Assembly (NCBI GenBank): GCA_046290225.1
Contig: JBKAGE010000078.1
Location: 96,001-160,000 of the forward strand
DNA from: Bradymonadia bacterium
GTDB lineage: Bacteria > Myxococcota_A > Bradymonadia > UBA7976 > UBA1532
Length of the DNA: 64,000 nt
Direction: 5' to 3'
Below the pieces are notes generated by a model. The model did not search any database. It saw only the letters and a program-made list of their open reading frames with translations, and was not told the origin of the DNA. Position 1 is the stretch's first letter, and every line of letters begins with the position of its first letter. The position numbers were made by a program, and so were the translations under genes. Below are positions 60,227-64,000 of this stretch, piece after piece.

Positions 60227-62572
60227 ATGAAGACGTGTCCCAGCTGCCAGGCTCTGTGTGAGCCTGAAGCCAGGTTCTGCCTGGAATGTGGTGAAGCCCT
60301 GGATATGGGGCCCATCGCTGATCCCCAAGATGATCCTTGGCAGGGTCGGGTTGTGGCCGGACGCTTTCAGATCATTGAAAAACTCGGCGATGGCGGTATG
60401 GGTGAGGTGTTCCTCGCCGAGCAGACCACCATGGAGCGCCGGGTGGCCCTCAAGGTACTCCGGCAAGAGCTCTGCGCTGATCCTCAACAAGTGGAGCGTT
60501 TCAAGCGGGAGGCCCAGGCGGCGAGCCGACTGTCTCATCCCAACACCATCATCGTGCACGATTTCGGTCTCGACGAGGGTGGGGTGCTCTTCATCGCCAT
60601 GGAGTTTCTCGAGGGCCAGACGCTCGATCAGGTGCTCGCCTCAGTCGGCGCCCTCGATCCCGAACGGGCAGTGCGGATCCTCGTACAGGTGTGTGCCTCT
60701 CTCGAAGAAGCCCATGCTCAGGGCGTGATCCACCGGGATCTCAAGCCCGAGAACATCTTCCTGACGCGCCGTGGTCAGACCGACGACTTCGTCAAGGTCC
60801 TCGATTTCGGCATCGCCAAGGTGCAGCGCAACGCTCAGGGGGGTCAGATGAGCAAGCTGACCCGCACCGGCGCGATCTTCGGTACCCCTCAGTACATGTC
60901 ACCGGAGCAGATCCGCGGCGAAGATCTCGACGCGCGCTCTGATGTCTATGCCATGGGGGTCATTCTCTACGAGGTGCTCTCCGGGCACCTGCCCTTCAAA
61001 GCGAACTCTGCGGTGGAGATGCTCACCAAGCACCTCTCTGAAAAACCGCCCCCGATCGAACAGCCAGGAGCCGACCAGGAGATCATCGCCCACTTGCAGG
61101 CGATCTCCATGCGTGCGTTGTCGAAAGATCCTTCACAACGTCACACCTCGGTCCGGGCATTTATGGAGGACCTGATGGCTGCTATTCCTTCGTTCTCGCT
61201 GCCCACGATGACCGGCATGGCCCCGGCCACCGCCGGCATCGCCCCTGCCACCATCCCTGTGGAGGTGGTCCTGCCTGCGCCTGGCGCTGACGAGCGCAAG
61301 CGCGCACCCATGATGGTCGCTCTGCTGGCGCTCCTCGTCGCTGGCGGCAGTGCTGCCTGGTACATGACCCAGGGCAGCGGCGGCGGTGGCGGCGGTGGCT
61401 TCGACGCCGGTCGCGCAGCCCCTGCGGCGCTCTACCAGGATGGTGAGGGCGAGGTCGACCCCGCCAAGGCCGAGGCCGACGCCAAGAAGGCTGAGGAAGA
61501 GGCCAAGAAGGTCGAGGCCGAGGCCGCCAAGGCCAAGGCTGAGGCCGAAGCCAAGGAGAAGGCCGCTCAGGCGGAGATCGAGAAGGCCAAGGCCGCTGCT
61601 GCAGCTGCTGCCGACGAGAAGGCCAAGGCTGAGGCTGAGGCCGCCGCCAAGAAGGCCGAAGAGGACAAGGCCAAGGCCGAGGCTGAGGCCAAGGCTGCCG
61701 AGGAAGCCGCAGCTGCAGCCAAGGTAGAGGCCGAGGCCGCCAAGGAAGCTGCCGACGCCGCCAAGGAGGCCGAGGCCGAGAAGAAGGAGCAGGTCCAAGA
61801 GGCCCCCAAGGACGACGCAGAGGCCAAGGCTCTCGCCGCCAAGGCTGAGGCTGAGGCCAAGGCTGCCGCTGAGGCCAAGGCCAAGGCCGAGGCTGAGGCC
61901 AAGGCCAAGGCTGCCGCCGAGAAGGCTCAGGCTGAGGCCGCCAAGCGCGCCGAGGCCGAGGCCAAGGCCGAGGCCGCAGCAGCGGAGAAGGCCAAGGCCC
62001 AGGAGGCCAAGCTGAAGGCCGAAGCCGAGAAGCTCGCCGCAGAGGCCAAGAAGGCTGAGGCCGAGGCCGCCAAGGCCAAGGCTGACGCAGATCGCAAGAA
62101 GGCCGAGGAGGCCGCCGCCGCCGCCAAGGCCAAGGCCGACGAGGCTAAGGCCAAGATGGACGCCGAGGCTCAAGCCCGCGCTGCCGCCGAGAAGGCCGCC
62201 GCGGAGTCCAAGGCCAAGGCCGAGGCGCTGCAGGCCGAGCTCGATCGCATCGCTGCGGAGAAGGCCAAGGCTGAGGAAGAGGCCCGCATCGCCGAAGAGA
62301 AGCGTCAGGAGGCCCTCGCCCGTCGCAAGGCCGCCAAGGCCAAGAAGCGCTACGTCAAGAAGGCCAGCCGTCTCTCTCGGGTCTTCGTGAAGACCAAGAG
62401 CCGTAAGGTGCGCATCTACGTCGACGGCCGCTTCCGGGGCACCACCCCGATGAAGGGCATCAGCATCAAGGCCGGCAAGCACACCATCGAGGGGCGCCTC
62501 GGCAACAAGAAGACCAAGCGCAAGGTCACCATCAAGGGCGGCAAGGTCCAGCACGTGAAGCTGAGTATCTGA
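60227..62572 (+). CDS. Membrane Ser/Thr kinase: zinc ribbon, kinase, TM, long Ala/Lys/Glu (TolA-like) stalk, PEGA-like domain
   Basis: CPSC...FCLECG, HRDLKPEN, DFG, GTPQYMSPEQ, TM MMVALLALLVAGG, IYVDGRFRGTTP...GKHTI. Start 60209 or 60227. Confidence 0.9.
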   Translation: MKTCPSCQALCEPEARFCLECGEALDMGPIADPQDDPWQGRVVAGRFQIIEKLGDGGMGEVFLAEQTTMERRVALKVLRQELCADPQQVERFKREAQAASRLSHPNTIIVHDFGLDEGGVLFIAMEFLEGQTLDQVLASVGALDPERAVRILVQVCASLEEAHAQGVIHRDLKPENIFLTRRGQTDDFVKVLDFGIAKVQRNAQGGQMSKLTRTGAIFGTPQYMSPEQIRGEDLDARSDVYAMGVILYEVLSGHLPFKANSAVEMLTKHLSEKPPPIEQPGADQEIIAHLQAISMRALSKDPSQRHTSVRAFMEDLMAAIPSFSLPTMTGMAPATAGIAPATIPVEVVLPAPGADERKRAPMMVALLALLVAGGSAAWYMTQGSGGGGGGGFDAGRAAPAALYQDGEGEVDPAKAEADAKKAEEEAKKVEAEAAKAKAEAEAKEKAAQAEIEKAKAAAAAAADEKAKAEAEAAAKKAEEDKAKAEAEAKAAEEAAAAAKVEAEAAKEAADAAKEAEAEKKEQVQEAPKDDAEAKALAAKAEAEAKAAAEAKAKAEAEAKAKAAAEKAQAEAAKRAEAEAKAEAAAAEKAKAQEAKLKAEAEKLAAEAKKAEAEAAKAKADADRKKAEEAAAAAKAKADEAKAKMDAEAQARAAAEKAAAESKAKAEALQAELDRIAAEKAKAEEEARIAEEKRQEALARRKAAKAKKRYVKKASRLSRVFVKTKSRKVRIYVDGRFRGTTPMKGISIKAGKHTIEGRLGNKKTKRKVTIKGGKVQHVKLSI

Positions 62573-62673
62573 GCTCGTTCTGACCCCCACATCGCAACCG
62601 CCTGCCATCCGACCCCGCTCTGGGGTATCTTTCCTCCTGCCGCAGTGATCACCCCTCCCCCGTCGGGTTTGAT

Positions 62674-64000
62674 ATGACGAGACCCCTCTGGTGGGCCCTC
62701 TGGATCATCTGGCCGCAGTGCGCCCTTGGCGCACCTGCAGTCGCTGATGATTTTGAGCAGTTCACCCTCAGCTCTGCTCAGATGCATCCCCAGGTGGAGA
62801 CTTGGGGTCCCGATTGCGGGCCGAGGCCCACAGTGGAGCAGCTGCCCACCTCTGGTCGCTATCGTTGGGGTGCAACGGGTCTGGTCGCCCTTGACGGTGC
62901 CCCACCGTTGATGACTGCGCAGACGTGCTCGGCGGTGACCAGGGTGCCGAATCTGAGGGGTCAGGTCGTCAGTCGTCGTCGGGTGATGTGCAAGGCGGCG
63001 CAAGGCGCCGAGCAGCAGACATCAGGTCAGGCGATCCTGACGGAGCTCGATGGTGGCGCATTGAAGGTGGAGCACACCTTTGACCATCGCTGGCGACTCA
63101 AAGGATCTCAATGTGCTCTGCGACAAACCTTCACCTGGCACTTAAAGCCTGTAGCGGCGCCTATTTCAGTCACCGCCGCCCCCTTGAGCGCGGAGGCACC
63201 GCCCCCTGCTCCGACCATCGCAGAAGTGGAGAAGACAAAGCGAGCGCCTTCACCTCGCAAGGTAAGTCAACTCCGACCTCGCCCGATCTCGGCTGAGGCC
63301 CTCACCGAGCTGACCCCAGTGACTCAGTTGTCGGGCGATGATGCGGAGTCAGGCCGACTCGCCACCCCAGGCGATGCAGTGGAACTGGCATCGAAGGTAG
63401 ACACAGAGGCACCGGAAGACACTGATGGCCTGCTCTGGGTCTTCGTGGGGCTCATGATCGCCATCACGCTCATGGGTGTGTATCTGTTGTGGCGCACTGT
63501 GCCCAAGAAGAAGGGCCACCACCCTCTCTCTCGAGACACGGTGGATGAACTTCGAGCTGCGGCAGTGCCAGGGGGGGTCGAGCCCTCGTCTTCCACTACG
63601 GGCAGCATGATGATGTCCGATGCAGGCCTGCTCGGCGCTCAAGGCCTGAGCGAAGCTACGACCACAGCGGTTCAGGCCACCGTCTCCCCAACCTCAACCC
63701 CTGATCAGACGGTGTGCCCCCACTGCAGACGGCGCTACGACAACCAGACCTCTTTCTGCCCCCATGACGGGCACCCGTTGGAGTGGGTCACTCAGGCCGA
63801 CGGGTATGATGACGACGAAGAAGCCGAGATGCCCCAAGGACATCAATGCGGACTCTGTCTTCAGATCTGGCCGAGCACCTTGACCCATTGCCCGGACGAC
63901 GGCATGCGCCTCGAGGTGGCTCAGAGCCACGCCTCTGACATCGTCGCTCGAATTTGCCCTCAGTGTGGTGCACGCAGTGACGAGAGCTTCAGCTTTTGTC
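62674..64000 (+). CDS. Membrane protein with cytoplasmic tandem zinc-ribbon repeats, 3'-partial (absent from the ORF track)
   Basis: My translation from ATG 62674 is open to the edge: signal-like MTRPLWWALW, TM LLWVFVGLMIAITLMGVYLLW, then CPHC..FCPHDG, CGLC..HCPDDG, CPQC..FC. Confidence 0.75.
   Translation, partial: MTRPLWWALWIIWPQCALGAPAVADDFEQFTLSSAQMHPQVETWGPDCGPRPTVEQLPTSGRYRWGATGLVALDGAPPLMTAQTCSAVTRVPNLRGQVVSRRRVMCKAAQGAEQQTSGQAILTELDGGALKVEHTFDHRWRLKGSQCALRQTFTWHLKPVAAPISVTAAPLSAEAPPPAPTIAEVEKTKRAPSPRKVSQLRPRPISAEALTELTPVTQLSGDDAESGRLATPGDAVELASKVDTEAPEDTDGLLWVFVGLMIAITLMGVYLLWRTVPKKKGHHPLSRDTVDELRAAAVPGGVEPSSSTTGSMMMSDAGLLGAQGLSEATTTAVQATVSPTSTPDQTVCPHCRRRYDNQTSFCPHDGHPLEWVTQADGYDDDEEAEMPQGHQCGLCLQIWPSTLTHCPDDGMRLEVAQSHASDIVARICPQCGARSDESFSFC

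Overview
High-GC, gene-dense chromosomal window with about 43 CDS. Ser/Thr kinases, Cys-rich and Gly-tethered lipoproteins, MopE-type repeats and sigma-54-type promoters suggest a Myxococcota/Bradymonadia-like deltaproteobacterium (inference). In order: a partial DUF4132-like gene; a three-gene lipid cluster (FAAL-vestigial ACAD-ACP, an alpha-oxoamine synthase-GNAT fusion, and a divergent di-iron hydroxylase/desaturase); a seven-gene reductive pyrimidine catabolism operon; an AAA/PD-(D/E)XK gene; ligA and maeB; a sodium:solute symporter; a ~490-bp structured inverted repeat; a lipoprotein alpha-amylase and fabI; a 2002-aa modular lipoprotein; further surface lipoproteins; an epimerase/acyltransferase pair and a G1P dehydrogenase; rnhC; a metzincin lipoprotein; a speA-KamA/EpmB-like-QueD-like run; YafJ, DUF72, SppA and glyA; two Ser/Thr kinases; and a partial zinc-ribbon membrane protein. 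I found no convincing tRNA, rRNA, CRISPR array or transposase. Best leads: (1) the lipid cluster, a possible compact ceramide-like pathway; (2) the inverted repeat, whose internal hairpins show compensatory changes; (3) a QueD homologue lacking all three Zn-binding histidines; (4) a LigA lacking its zinc finger. All calls come from motif recognition by eye; no searches were run.
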